32,000 nucleotides of DNA from Bellilinea caldifistulae. Its GTDB lineage: Bacteria; Chloroflexota; Anaerolineae; Anaerolineales; Anaerolineaceae. Every line of letters starts with the position of its first letter. Positions within the stretch are counted from its first letter, which is position 1. The DNA is taken from NCBI RefSeq assembly GCF_001306055.1, contig NZ_LGHJ01000019.1:227986-259985 (forward strand). Direction: 5' to 3'. A program made the translations under genes and the position numbers. The notes beneath the pieces were generated by a model. It had not been told where the DNA came from and made no database searches. It was given only the letters and a program-made list of their open reading frames with translations. This document shows positions 1 through 10,800 of the stretch, piece by piece.

Positions 1-1
1 T

Positions 2-352
2 ACAGAGTCCAGCGGGTTTGTGCGAATTGACGCCGACCATAAAACCAATATCTACGGCTGGGATGTCATCCTGATTGATGACATTGTGGACACGGGTTAC
101 ACGCTTTATACCGTGCGCAAATTGTTACTGGAACGACAGCCCCGTAGCCTGAAAATTTGCGCACTGCTCGACAAAAAAGCCCGTCATAAAGTGGACATCC
201 ACATTGACTATCTCGGTTTTGAAATCCCGGATTATTTTGTGGTGGGCTATGGTCTGGATATTGACGAGAAGGGGCGCAATTTGCCTTATATCGCTTCGGT
301 TGATCTGGAAAAGTACAAAAAACTCTATCCGCCAGATGAAGGGAAAAAGTGA
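2..352 (+). CDS. hpt: hypoxanthine(-guanine) phosphoribosyltransferase, 5'-truncated by window edge
   Basis: The frame is open from the window edge (TESSGFVRIDADHK...). It has the PRPP-binding loop VILIDDIVDTGYT and the C-terminal YFVVGYGLDIDEKGRNLPYI typical of 6-oxopurine PRTases. The GTG at 20 in the ORF track is internal. Confidence 0.85.
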   Translation, partial: TESSGFVRIDADHKTNIYGWDVILIDDIVDTGYTLYTVRKLLLERQPRSLKICALLDKKARHKVDIHIDYLGFEIPDYFVVGYGLDIDEKGRNLPYIASVDLEKYKKLYPPDEGKK

Positions 353-358
353 GGAGTT

Positions 359-1480
359 ATGAAAAAGAGAATCGGAGTATTGACCACCGGGGGCGATAGT
401 CCCGGGATCAACGCTGCCTTGAGGGGATTGGGGAAGGCCGCCACCGGTGTGTACGGCATGGAAATCATCGGCTTTCAAGACGGTTTCAGCGGAATGGCAC
501 AGGGATTGACCGTCGAATTGGAAGGTTCGGCTTTTTCGGGTATTCTCACCACCGGCGGCACAATTCTGGGTACCAACCGGGACCGCCCCGATCGGGTGAT
601 CATTGATGGAGTTCCGCAGGATGCCACTTCCCAAATCCTGCAGAACTTTGACAAATTCAACCTTCATGCGCTGGTTTGCATTGGCGGCAGTGACGCCCAG
701 GACAGTGCGTACTATCTTATGCAGCGCGGTTTGAATGTAATCACCCTGCCGGTTACCATTGACAACGATTTACCCGGCACCGACACTTCGATTGGATTCG
801 ACACAGCCGTCGAGGTTGCCGCCGAAGCGATTGATCGTCTGCATAGCACCGCCATCAGCCATCACCGCATCATCATCGTGGAAATGATGGGACGCGAAAC
901 CGGCTGGTTAACTCTGGCGGCAGGAATTGCCGGCGGCGCAGATGTAATTCTCATCCCGGAAATTCCTTATCACACTGAAAAAGTCGCCGAAGCCATCCTA
1001 AAGCGCAGCCACAGTGGCAAGCGCTTTTCCCTCGTTGCCGTTTCGGAAGGTGCCATCTCTCAGGAAAGCGTGCGCTTCTTTGAAAAAGCACGTCTTGCCA
1101 ACCGTCGTCTGCGCCAGGGCACAGAACAATCCGAAGTGGAACAGCGGTTGGAAGAGATTGAAAAACACGCCGCCGGAGATACCCTTCATCTGGCAAACCG
1201 ATTGGAAGATTTCACCAAACTGGAAACCCGAATCACCATTTTGGGCTACTTACAGCGTGGCGGTACGCCCTCGGCCACTGACCGGGTTCTCGCCACTCAA
1301 CTAGGAACCGCCTGTGCTGCGCTCATTCAGGAAGGTGTTTTCGGCGTGATGGTTGGCACGCGCTCCGGAACAGTGGTCACGACACCGCTGGATCAGGTAG
1401 CCCATCAGACCAAAACCGTCCCCCTTGATCATGCCTGGATTCAGGGAGCGCGGTTGGTAGGAGTCAATCTGGGGGACTAG
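359..1480 (+). CDS. pfkA: 6-phosphofructokinase (PFK-A family; phosphoryl donor not decidable)
   Basis: PFK-A motifs are present: GVLTTGGDSPGINAA, CIGGSDAQDSA, LPVTIDNDL, MGRETGW, LGYLQRGG. A GAGGAG Shine-Dalgarno lies just upstream of ATG 359. Confidence 0.85.
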   Translation: MKKRIGVLTTGGDSPGINAALRGLGKAATGVYGMEIIGFQDGFSGMAQGLTVELEGSAFSGILTTGGTILGTNRDRPDRVIIDGVPQDATSQILQNFDKFNLHALVCIGGSDAQDSAYYLMQRGLNVITLPVTIDNDLPGTDTSIGFDTAVEVAAEAIDRLHSTAISHHRIIIVEMMGRETGWLTLAAGIAGGADVILIPEIPYHTEKVAEAILKRSHSGKRFSLVAVSEGAISQESVRFFEKARLANRRLRQGTEQSEVEQRLEEIEKHAAGDTLHLANRLEDFTKLETRITILGYLQRGGTPSATDRVLATQLGTACAALIQEGVFGVMVGTRSGTVVTTPLDQVAHQTKTVPLDHAWIQGARLVGVNLGD

Positions 1481-1537
1481 CCAGTCCCATACCAGTTTAG
1501 AATAAGACTGACGACAACCTTTCATCAGAGAAGCGAA

Positions 1538-2320
1538 ATGAAACCGATCCGAGTGACCGTTTGTCAAATGCGCGATGATCCTCAAGGCCTGTCTGAAGAC
1601 TGGACGGTTCTGGTCAATCATGTTCAACAACACAAAAGCGATCTGGTTCTGCTGCCGGAAATGCCTTTTGCCCCATGGGTGATGCTCGACAATCAGGTGT
1701 CCACCCAGCGCTGGATGGAATTCGTCCGTCAGCATGATGAATGGATGCAACGGCTGCCTGAATTAAGCCCGGCGGTGGTGTTCGCAACTCGCCCCGCGAT
1801 TCTCAACGGGCGCTGGTTGAACGAGGCATTCTTGTGGGATGCTCAAAGTGGCTACCGCGCCGTCCATCACAAAACTTATCTCCCCGATGAACCCGGTTTT
1901 TGGGAAGCCACCTGGTACGACCGCGGGCCAGTTCAGTTCATTCCCACAAACACCTGCTTTGGAAAGGTGGGATTTCTGGTTTGCACCGAAATCTGGTTCA
2001 CCGAACACGCCCGTAATTTTGCCCGTCAGGGGGTACGGATTTTACTTTCCCCTCGCGCAACCGAAAAGGCCACTACTGCCAAATGGGTGATGGGTGGGCG
2101 TGTTGCGGCCGTGATGAGCGGCGCGTACTGCCTTTCCTCGAACCGCTGCGGCCCTTCGGGGGCCGGGTTTGATTGGGGCGGCAGCGGCTGGATCGCCGAA
2201 CCGGATCAAGGCGACTTACTCGCCACCACCAGTGATACTCATCCCTTCATCACGATTGAAATTGACCTCTCCAAAGCTGACCAAGCCAAACAGGGGTATC
2301 CGCGCTACGTTAAAGAATAA
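1538..2320 (+). CDS. carbon-nitrogen hydrolase (nitrilase superfamily) protein
   Basis: The Glu-Lys-Cys triad contexts of the nitrilase superfamily are present: LLPEMPF, HKTYLP, LVCTEIWF. The 260-aa size fits the family. Confidence 0.75.
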   Translation: MKPIRVTVCQMRDDPQGLSEDWTVLVNHVQQHKSDLVLLPEMPFAPWVMLDNQVSTQRWMEFVRQHDEWMQRLPELSPAVVFATRPAILNGRWLNEAFLWDAQSGYRAVHHKTYLPDEPGFWEATWYDRGPVQFIPTNTCFGKVGFLVCTEIWFTEHARNFARQGVRILLSPRATEKATTAKWVMGGRVAAVMSGAYCLSSNRCGPSGAGFDWGGSGWIAEPDQGDLLATTSDTHPFITIEIDLSKADQAKQGYPRYVKE

Positions 2321-2363
2321 ATCCGGCACTTGATCGAATATTCATACCGCATGTCAGCGCAAC

Positions 2364-4070
2364 TTGAAGATTATTTCTGGGTTTAACCCTGAGAGGTATA
2401 AACCTACCATGGATCCATTAAAAATAGGCTCTCATACTCGCTTTAATTCCCCTCAAAATCTTTTCTGGTCCGGTGACACAGCCGCACTTTCCACGGATGT
2501 TGAAATCATTCGCCAAAGACTGTTATCCTTAGACTCACCCTTGTTGGTGGTAACTGACGGTCAGAATGTCTGGCTCACGGATGAGGGAACCATCCTGCCA
2601 GGGGAGAAAAACTCCACCACCTCCTACCGCTGGCTGGCAACCCTGCCTCCTTCACCAATCGAATCGCTTGGTGATTCATCTTTTCAGGAATGGTACGGCT
2701 GCCGTTACGCTTATTACAGCGGCGCCATGGCCAACGGGATTGCCTCCACCCGCCTGGTCATTGCCATGGGCAAAGCCGGTTTTCTGGCATCCTTTGGTGC
2801 GGCAGGTCTTTCCCCCGAACGGATCGAGGCGGCTATCCACGAAGTTCAAACTGCCCTGCCGCAAGGGCCGTATGCCTTCAACCTGATCAACAGCCCAAAT
2901 GAACCCGCCCTGGAACGTCGCGCGGCCGAGTTGTATGTCCAACACGGCATTCGCAGCGTGGAGGCTTCCGCTTATCTGGAAATTACCCCTGCCCTGGTGT
3001 ACTACCGCGCCAACGGATTAATCAGTCAGCCGGACGGTACAATCCGCATTCAAAACCGGCTGATTGCAAAATTATCCCGTAAAGAAGTCGCCCGTCAGTT
3101 CATGCTCCCGGCCCCTGATGAGATCCTCAATCAATTGGTGCAGGAGAACCGATTGACCGAAACTCAGGCAAATCTCGCCCGCCGTGTTCCAATGGCCGAC
3201 GACATCACCGTTGAGGCTGATTCGGGAGGACACACCGATAACCGCCCATTAGTGGGACTGCTCCCATCTATTCTGACCCTGAGGGATGAGATTCAAGATC
3301 AAATGCAGTACCCCGTTCCGATTCGAATTGGCGCAGCCGGGGGAATCAGCACACCTCAGGCAGCCCTGGCAGCGTTAATGATGGGGGCTGCTTATATTGT
3401 CACCGGTTCGGTCAATCAGGCCTGTATTGAGGCCGGGGCATCCGAACACACCCGCCGCCTGCTCGCCCAGGCCGACATGGCGGATGTTACCATGGCACCT
3501 GCCGCCGACATGTTCGAAATGGGCGTCAAAGTCCAGGTTTTGAAACGCGGCACCATGTTTGCCATGCGGGCTTCCAAGCTCTACGAATTGTATTCCCGCT
3601 ATCCATCCCTTGAAGCCATCCCCGTTGAGGAACTTCAAAAACTGGAAAAGACCGTTTTCAAGCGCCCAGTCGAAGAAATCTGGCAGGATACGGTGCGATT
3701 CTTCCAGCAGCGCGATCCGCGTCAGTTAGAAAGAGCCGAGAAAGATCCGCGTCATAAAATGGCGCTGGTCTTTCGCTGGTACCTGGGACTGTCTTCCCGC
3801 TGGTCAAACAGCGGTGAAAAGGGCCGCGAGATGGACTACCAGATCTGGTGCGGGCCGGCAATGGGAGCTTTCAACGAATGGGTGCGGGGGACCTATCTTG
3901 AAAAGCCTGAAAATCGTTCTGTCGTAGATATTGCTCTCCACATCCTGACCGGGGCGGCATATTTGCAGCGTGTCCGTTTGCTGAACGCCTACGGCGTCCA
4001 AACAAGCCCTGATCTGGAGCGTTACCAACCACTCCAGCCATTGACAGAGTCTATCCTCGAAAAGGCTTGA
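2364..4070 (+). CDS. pfaD: PfaD-family trans-acting enoyl reductase (FMN TIM-barrel, nitronate-monooxygenase-like)
   Basis: PfaD/FabK-type motifs are present: YAYYSGAMANGIAS, ITVEADSGGHTDNRP, IRIGAAGGIS, VTGSVNQ. The track start is TTG 2364. ATG 2409 (MDPLKIG), preceded by GAGAGG, is a more likely start. Confidence 0.8.
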   Translation: MKIISGFNPERYKPTMDPLKIGSHTRFNSPQNLFWSGDTAALSTDVEIIRQRLLSLDSPLLVVTDGQNVWLTDEGTILPGEKNSTTSYRWLATLPPSPIESLGDSSFQEWYGCRYAYYSGAMANGIASTRLVIAMGKAGFLASFGAAGLSPERIEAAIHEVQTALPQGPYAFNLINSPNEPALERRAAELYVQHGIRSVEASAYLEITPALVYYRANGLISQPDGTIRIQNRLIAKLSRKEVARQFMLPAPDEILNQLVQENRLTETQANLARRVPMADDITVEADSGGHTDNRPLVGLLPSILTLRDEIQDQMQYPVPIRIGAAGGISTPQAALAALMMGAAYIVTGSVNQACIEAGASEHTRRLLAQADMADVTMAPAADMFEMGVKVQVLKRGTMFAMRASKLYELYSRYPSLEAIPVEELQKLEKTVFKRPVEEIWQDTVRFFQQRDPRQLERAEKDPRHKMALVFRWYLGLSSRWSNSGEKGREMDYQIWCGPAMGAFNEWVRGTYLEKPENRSVVDIALHILTGAAYLQRVRLLNAYGVQTSPDLERYQPLQPLTESILEKA

Positions 4071-4109
4071 AAGGCTTGCCTCAACAGGACGACAAGCCCC
4101 GGGTCCATT

Positions 4110-4877
4110 TCATTCGCTCAGTTGAATTTCCCGCAAGCGAATAGATGGAATTTCACCGGTTTGTAGTTGAACCGCCAGCGTGACCATGTAGTTGCCGCGT
4201 TGCTGCCACCAGCCAATTAACCGATGGCCTTCTTCCGGCAAATTGCTGCGGTATTCCAAAATCCGCCAGTCTCCCAAATTCGTTGCCATGCCGGGAAACA
4301 CCTGAATCAGGTGAGTATCCACAGCCAACCCGAGCCGCAAAGCCTTCAGGGCGGCCTCTTTGGCGCTCCACAATAATGTGGTACGTCCCGCCTGTGCCTC
4401 TGTGGGGGCTGAAATTACCCATTCGATTTCTTCACCGGTGAAGTAATCCTGCAAGAACGCAGGATGCCGTTCCTCAATCCATTCCAGGTCAATCCCAATC
4501 CAGATACCCTCATTTGCGGTATAGGCTGCCGCCGCTCGTTCGCTGCGGTGAGAGATGCTCAGACAACCAGCCAGCGGTTCACCACCCACTTTAACCAGCG
4601 GATAGCCGTGATGGTGATTTTCAACCGAGATTTCAGCCATCGTCTTTCCGGCAAGAGCCGGAACAACACTCAGCAGCATCCGTTTGGCCGTCCAGCGGCC
4701 GCTCAACCATTCGCTGCGCCGCTTGGGGAATCGAATTGTTTCCAGGAAACGCTGTTCCTCGTGAGACAACCAGCTGGTATCAAAAATGGTGAGGTCTCCC
4801 CTCTGCGGGAAAACCTCACCGATGCACCAATCTAAATTGATCTGGCGCTGCCTTTTAGAGAGTGGCATCTGTCCCAT
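4110..4877 (-). CDS. Sfp-type 4'-phosphopantetheinyl transferase (PfaE-like)
   Basis: It has the WIGIDLE and WSAKEAALKA (W-x-x-KE-x-x-K) PPTase signatures. Its ATG at 4877 overlaps the last 23 nt of the megasynthase ORF, which suggests translational coupling. Confidence 0.8.
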   Translation of the reverse strand: MGQMPLSKRQRQINLDWCIGEVFPQRGDLTIFDTSWLSHEEQRFLETIRFPKRRSEWLSGRWTAKRMLLSVVPALAGKTMAEISVENHHHGYPLVKVGGEPLAGCLSISHRSERAAAAYTANEGIWIGIDLEWIEERHPAFLQDYFTGEEIEWVISAPTEAQAGRTTLLWSAKEAALKALRLGLAVDTHLIQVFPGMATNLGDWRILEYRSNLPEEGHRLIGWWQQRGNYMVTLAVQLQTGEIPSIRLREIQLSE

Positions 4878-7800
4878 TGACCAGTAATTTCATCGGTTTA
4901 AGCAGTGCCGCATCTACGGTGTAGGGCAATGCCACAGTCCGGTAATCCTTCACTTCCAGGTAGACCATGCCGTTCTGATCCACCAGCCTGGCATCAAATG
5001 CCAGACTGCCATCACTCGATCGGCTGGGAATGACCTCGGCAAACAATGGCTTGTCCTCCTGCGGCACACTGCGATGCAGCACCAGTTCGCCAATTGAGCG
5101 CGGTAATGCCAATGTGCCGGTCGCTCCCGCTTCCCAGATGCCAGCAGTCTGCAAAATCGCTTCCAGCAAAATCGGCATGGTTACCAACGAGACCGGCTGC
5201 TCGGTGATAGCCGGCAGGGATTCACGGACTTTGCCCAACACCTTCCCCTCCACCCGTTGGACGCCTTCCAGGACTTGGAAAGAAGGGCCGTGGAAGTAGA
5301 GACGATAGATCTCATCGCTGGCAACGGTGTAAGCGCCGTTCCAACCGGGCGGTTGAACTTTAACCGATGCAGATTTTTCCGTCTTTGGGGTCAAATAAAC
5401 TTTTCCGGCAAAGTGCTGGATGACTTCATTCGGACGAGTTTTAGCAACCAGGGTCGATTCAAGGCTGACATAAGCCACCAAACCACTCGCCTCGCGGATT
5501 ACTCTGGCTTTCCAGGTTACCCGGCGCGGTTCGTTGCGGTAGAACTTGAAGGGAGCCAGGAATTGAACATCTTCCAGACGTTCAACTGCAAAGCCGACTT
5601 TTTCAGCACCCAACACTGAAGCAACATGCTTCGCCGCCGCTGAAAATCCTTCAATTCCCATCACCCCCGGCAGCAAGGGGATTCCGTTCAAAGCATGGTC
5701 TTTGAGAAACGGCTGGTCATTCGGATTCAATTCGGCTTCCAGCAGCACACCGGTTTGCAGGTCAAAGCCGTTCACTGCGCTGAGCATGACATGCGCCGGG
5801 CTACCTTCGCGTAAAGCCTGATTAGCGGCTTCCAGGTTCAAACCGCTCTCCTTGCGGAGCGGTTTTTCCAGAACACCCAACGAACCGGAAACTACCACCT
5901 CACTGACCGGCTCATTCCCTACCAGTTCTTCATAAACAAAGCGGGCTGCCTGCTTCGGAGGCATCTGGTCAATCCCGCCCATTTCCATTAATTGAGGAAT
6001 ATATCCGCGACTCGCCATCCCCACCTGCGCCCAGGCGCTCCAATCAATGGTGACCACCCGCATTTCCGGGTGCAGACCACGCAGGTGAGAAGCAGCCTTT
6101 GCCAGCCAGTCATTGGCAGCACTGTAATCGGTCTGACCGGAATTGCCAAACCTGCCGGCAACCGAACCAAACAGCAACACCTGCTTTGGCAATCTATCCG
6201 CTGTTTGAAGGGCTTTGTAAAGATTGAAGAAACCTCCGGCTTTAACCTGAATAGTCGTACGGAATTCTTCCTCCGGTTTGAGATGCAGCTTTCGGCTGCG
6301 TTCAATGCCGGCTGCATGAATCAGGACATCCACGCGACCATTCTCCTCGACAATCTGACCAATGGTCTCCCCTACCTGATGAGGATCGGTAACATCACAT
6401 AACCGGTAGACCACGCTGGCTCCAAGTGAACGGGCAGTCTGAATGGCATCCAGAATGCCAGCCATACGCTCCAATGCAGCCAGTTTCTCTTCCACCTGCG
6501 CAGGGGAAGGTTTTTGTCCGTTGGCGCTCATTTCTCTGAGCAGGTCTTTTTTCAAGCCATCCCGATCCGCTTTTAATCGCTGGAGGGCTGCATCCTGAGG
6601 ATCGGCTAACGGACTGCGTCCCAGCAGGTAGAAGATGCCCTGCGTTCGCTGTGCCAGATCCGTAAGGATTGGCGCAACAATACCGCCAGCCCCGCCGCTG
6701 ATAATCATTACCGGTTTCTCAGGTAGAGTTGATTGGACCGGATTGTTTCCTTCTTCTTCAAAGAGGGCAATGCTAAAGCGCTGATCGCCCTCCCAGCCGA
6801 CTTCAACCACAGAGGCATCGCCGAGCGTCTCTCCGACCAGGCGGGCAGCAATCTGGCTATCATTTGCGCCTGCTTCAAAATCTACCACCTTGACCAACGC
6901 GTTTGGCCGTTCACGGCTAATAGCTTTGGCAAAGCCGGAAATCAAACCGCCCGAAACATTCTTAGCCGCAGTTACGCAGGTTCCATGCAGGCCGCCCATG
7001 CGGGTTGCACAGATCAAGAAAGGCTCACCTTCCACCATCCGGAGCAAGTGATAGAGGCGTACCAGGCGATTATCTACCAGAGATTGCCAGACACGAACAT
7101 CCTGTTCCGCCAGTGATGGCTCATGGTTCAAACCGACCAGGTAATACAAACCCTGAACCCTGCCAGTGCTTTGGAAGGAGGCAACTTTTTCCTGCCATTC
7201 CTCGGGCGTCTGGGAGGAATCCAGAGTCAAAATTTGGACTTTGCGGGCGCGCAACCTGCGGGCAAGGGAATCGGCTGTTTTGCCTTCATCACTCACCAGA
7301 ATCACCCTGCTGTTTTCATCTAGAGTGACTCCGCTCGGCAGACACAAATCCAATTTCGGCAGCAGCACCGGTTTTGGAACCCTTCGGCGGATGAGAATTT
7401 GCGTCTCTGCCGGCTCTTCGGTTGGTTTAGGCTCTTCAACGGTCTCCATGGCAACCGGAGCTTGCACCTCTTTGGTTGACAGCGCCTGCGCCGTCGGCTC
7501 TTTTGTTGAAACGGACTCAACAACAGGGGTAGCGGTGACAGGTTTTTCTTCGGAAACGGGCAGTTCCTCGGTGCTGGTCGCCTTCCCATTCGTTGATAAC
7601 GCCTCAACCATGAAGCCGATGACTTTTTTCAAGGTGTTGTAATCCACCAACCTGAGGTCTTCCCGCCGCGGGATGTTGTAGTGGGTGCGGATAGTCGCAA
7701 ACAGTTCCGCCTGTTTTACCGTGTCAATTCCTAAATCGGCTTCCAGGTCCAAATCCAAATCCAGCATTTCAACCGGATAGCCCGTCTTTTCACTGACAAC

Positions 7801-10800
7801 CGACAGCACGTAGGTTTTAATTTCCTCTTCATCCACACCGGAGATGGAAGTCCGTGTTGGTGTTGAAGAAGGCTGTTCGCTCTCAGCCTGGACTGGTGCC
7901 GATACTTCGGCAGGTTCAACCGCCTTGCTGACCGGCTGGGCAACCGTTGTAGCAGCCGGTTGAGACTGACTGACAACCCCGCTGCTCAAAGCGTCCACCA
8001 TGAAGTCAATCACCTTCTCCAGGGTGTTGTAATCCACCAGCCGCAGGTCTTCCCGCCGCGGGATGTTGTAGTGGGTGCGGATGGTAGCAAACAATTCAGC
8101 CTGTTTGACGGTATCAATCCCTAAATCGGCTTCCAGGTCAAGCCCCAGGTCGAGCATTTCAACCGGGTAACCGGTCTTTTCACTGACCACTGAAAGCACA
8201 TATTCTTGAATGGCTGCCCGGTCAACGGCCGGGGCTGCAGAAAGAGACGGGACTGATTGAGCCACCTGCATAGGTATCGGCTGAGGTTCAGACTTATCCG
8301 AAGCAGGCATGGCTACATCTTCAGCCGGTTGAGCCTGAGCAGCTATCGCAGCCGCATTTTCCGCCATGAAGGAAATCACTTTGTTGAGGGTGTTGTAATC
8401 AACCAGCCGCAAATCTTCCCGTCTGGGGATGTTGTAATGCGTTCGAATTGCAGCAAAGATTTCAGCTTGTTTCACCGTATCAATGCCCAAATCGGCTTCC
8501 AGATCCAGATCCAAATCCAGCATCTCGACCGGGTAACCCGTTTTTTCACTGACCAGATTGAGAACAAATTCTTTGATCTCATCTACCTTGACCGGTGATC
8601 TGCCGGCGGGCGAGGAAGTTCCCAAGACAACAGGCTGGAGTTTTTCCTTTTCTTCAACCGCTTCAACAGGATGAGCGGCAGGCTGCGGACTCGGCACACC
8701 GACCGGTTGAGATTGCGGCAATTGATCCGGCTGCTCTGCCCAGCGGGTAGGTCCCTGCCCATACTGCCAGCGGGATTTAGCCGGCGGTTTAACCGGCGGT
8801 CCCATGTGGCGGATCCGGAGAGTGCGTTTTTCCACCTCCAATTCGGCTTTTTCGTAACCCGCAATTTCCGCCAGCCATTGCTGATAGACTGGTTGATTGA
8901 TCCTTTCCTTTACATGGGCAACCACCCGGAATAACGCCATGGCAATTTGCGAGCCAAAACCGGCCCCCAACCGCAGAGCATAACTGACCGGGTATTCACC
9001 GCCTTTTGATAGGTTCAAATCACCCAGATCCGGGTCGGGTTCAAAATTCTCATCATAATTGGCAATCGGCGGCACAATTCCATGTTCCAGGGCTTTGATC
9101 GCCACAACATCTTCAATCCCCACGCCCATTGCATGACCGGTGTACCCTTTGGTATTTGCGATGATCACCTGATTGGCTTTATCGCCAAAGGTGTATCGGA
9201 GTGCCTGAATCTCCGCGGAAGCCGAACCGCCTCTGGCGGGGGTGTAGGTTTCGTGAGACATGAACATGGTTTGAGCGGCAATTTCTTCCCGGCGAATACC
9301 AAAACGCTGCTCGGCCGTGCTGATCAGGCGATTCATGATTTCCCGCACATGGGGAACATCCAGGCGGGTTCCATGATAAGCGCTATTGGCGATATCCGTC
9401 GCCAACACCTCACAAATCGCCCGCATGCCGCGTTCTCGCACCGCATCTTCGGACTCAACTACCAGTGCGGCCGCCCCCATTCCCATGATCATCCCATTCC
9501 GCCGGCGGTCAAACGGCAAAGCAGCCATACGCAGATTACCTTCTGTGGTAGCCGCACCAGAAACGAACAAGCCGGTTCCAATCCACTCCGCCAGCGGACC
9601 GCCGGTCACATCGTCACCCGCAATGATGACGACTCGGCGGCAACGTCCGGCGCGAATCCAGTCTTCAGCAACCGCAATCGCATGGGTTGTGGTGGCACAG
9701 GCAGCGTTGACATGCGTATTCGGGCCGCGTGCGCCAATATATTCAGCAAATTGCGAATGCCCCATTGAAAGCACCCGGAAGACAAAACGGCGATCAAAAT
9801 GGTAATCCATCTCTTTGAGCCTTGTTTCCAGTGCTTTGATTCGCTCGCGCAGCAGGTTTCTCACCCCCGTCTGATCCACTGCGACCAGACTGAGAATGTT
9901 GCGCACTTCTTCTAACTGCTTCTCAACTTGCTTGTATTCGGAATAACGCGACATCTCTTCCGCCATTTCATCCAGCCCCGGGAAGGCAGAAGCAAAGATC
10001 ACACCGGTTTCATCAGCCAGCGCTTCTGGCAAGCGCCAGCGGTCGGGGAGATAAGTGCCTTTACTGGTCTTACGATAGGCCATTACCAGGGGAATTCCGG
10101 CATCCCTCAAAGCTTCAATGCCGGCAGCCACTGCGAGTTGGGTGGTAATATCCCAGGCATCCGCACGCTCTACCGGAATGCCGAACTCTTCCACCGGATC
10201 AAATTGCCCGCGCTGTCCACCCAACTTTACGGTCAAATCCACGCTTTCAATCGGGATCATCTGGGCGCCGGCTTCGCTTTTTTCCAAACGGGTTGGCCGC
10301 TTTTCCACCATTCGCTTGCGCAATTCTTCCGGCAAAGGTTCAATGCGGATTTCGCCTTTTAAAATACTCAGGATATTCTCATCATTGAAAACGGGTTTTG
10401 ATCTGCCCGGCAGCCCCAAGCCTGCACCGCTGATCACGACCGAACCCGTCAATGGCAGGCGACCGTCGTTGACCGGTGTCTGTACTTCAACCATCGGTTT
10501 TACAGACGCGCTAATCGCAACCGGGGGGACTGATTTCACACTTACCTCATCAATAGCGGATTTTTGAGTGGACACTTGTGCTGGCGTTTCAAGTTTCTGT
10601 TCTCGACCGGGCGCAATTCCCGCTGCCAGCAGACCACAAACTGCTTCGTTAAAACTGACCACTGCACCTTTTCGGGGATGATTGGTTGCCAGCAGCATGA
10701 CACCCGAGCGGTCTTTGAAAATATCATTTGCCAGAGCGTTCAATACCCGTTTCGGCCCAATCTCGACAAAGACTCTTGCTCCGGCATTATAGAGCGTTTC

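Larger units (their letters stand above)
7585..8583. repeat. three tandem coding repeats (periods 366 and 390 nt) encoding the carrier domains
   Basis: The repeats are visible at the DNA level. An identical 38-mer, aggtcttcccgccgcgggatgttgtagtgggtgcggat, occurs at 7655-7692 and 8045-8082. A third, more diverged copy lies around 8410-8450. Confidence 0.85.

Noticed and set aside
125-667. A 180-aa minus-strand ORF spanning the hpt/pfk junction.
   Set aside because: It is antisense to two well-supported genes and has no motifs.
7585-8583. Regular ~370-390-nt repeats that could be mistaken for a repeat array or CRISPR.
   Set aside because: The repeats are in-frame coding repeats for the carrier domains. 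The period and length are wrong for CRISPR.
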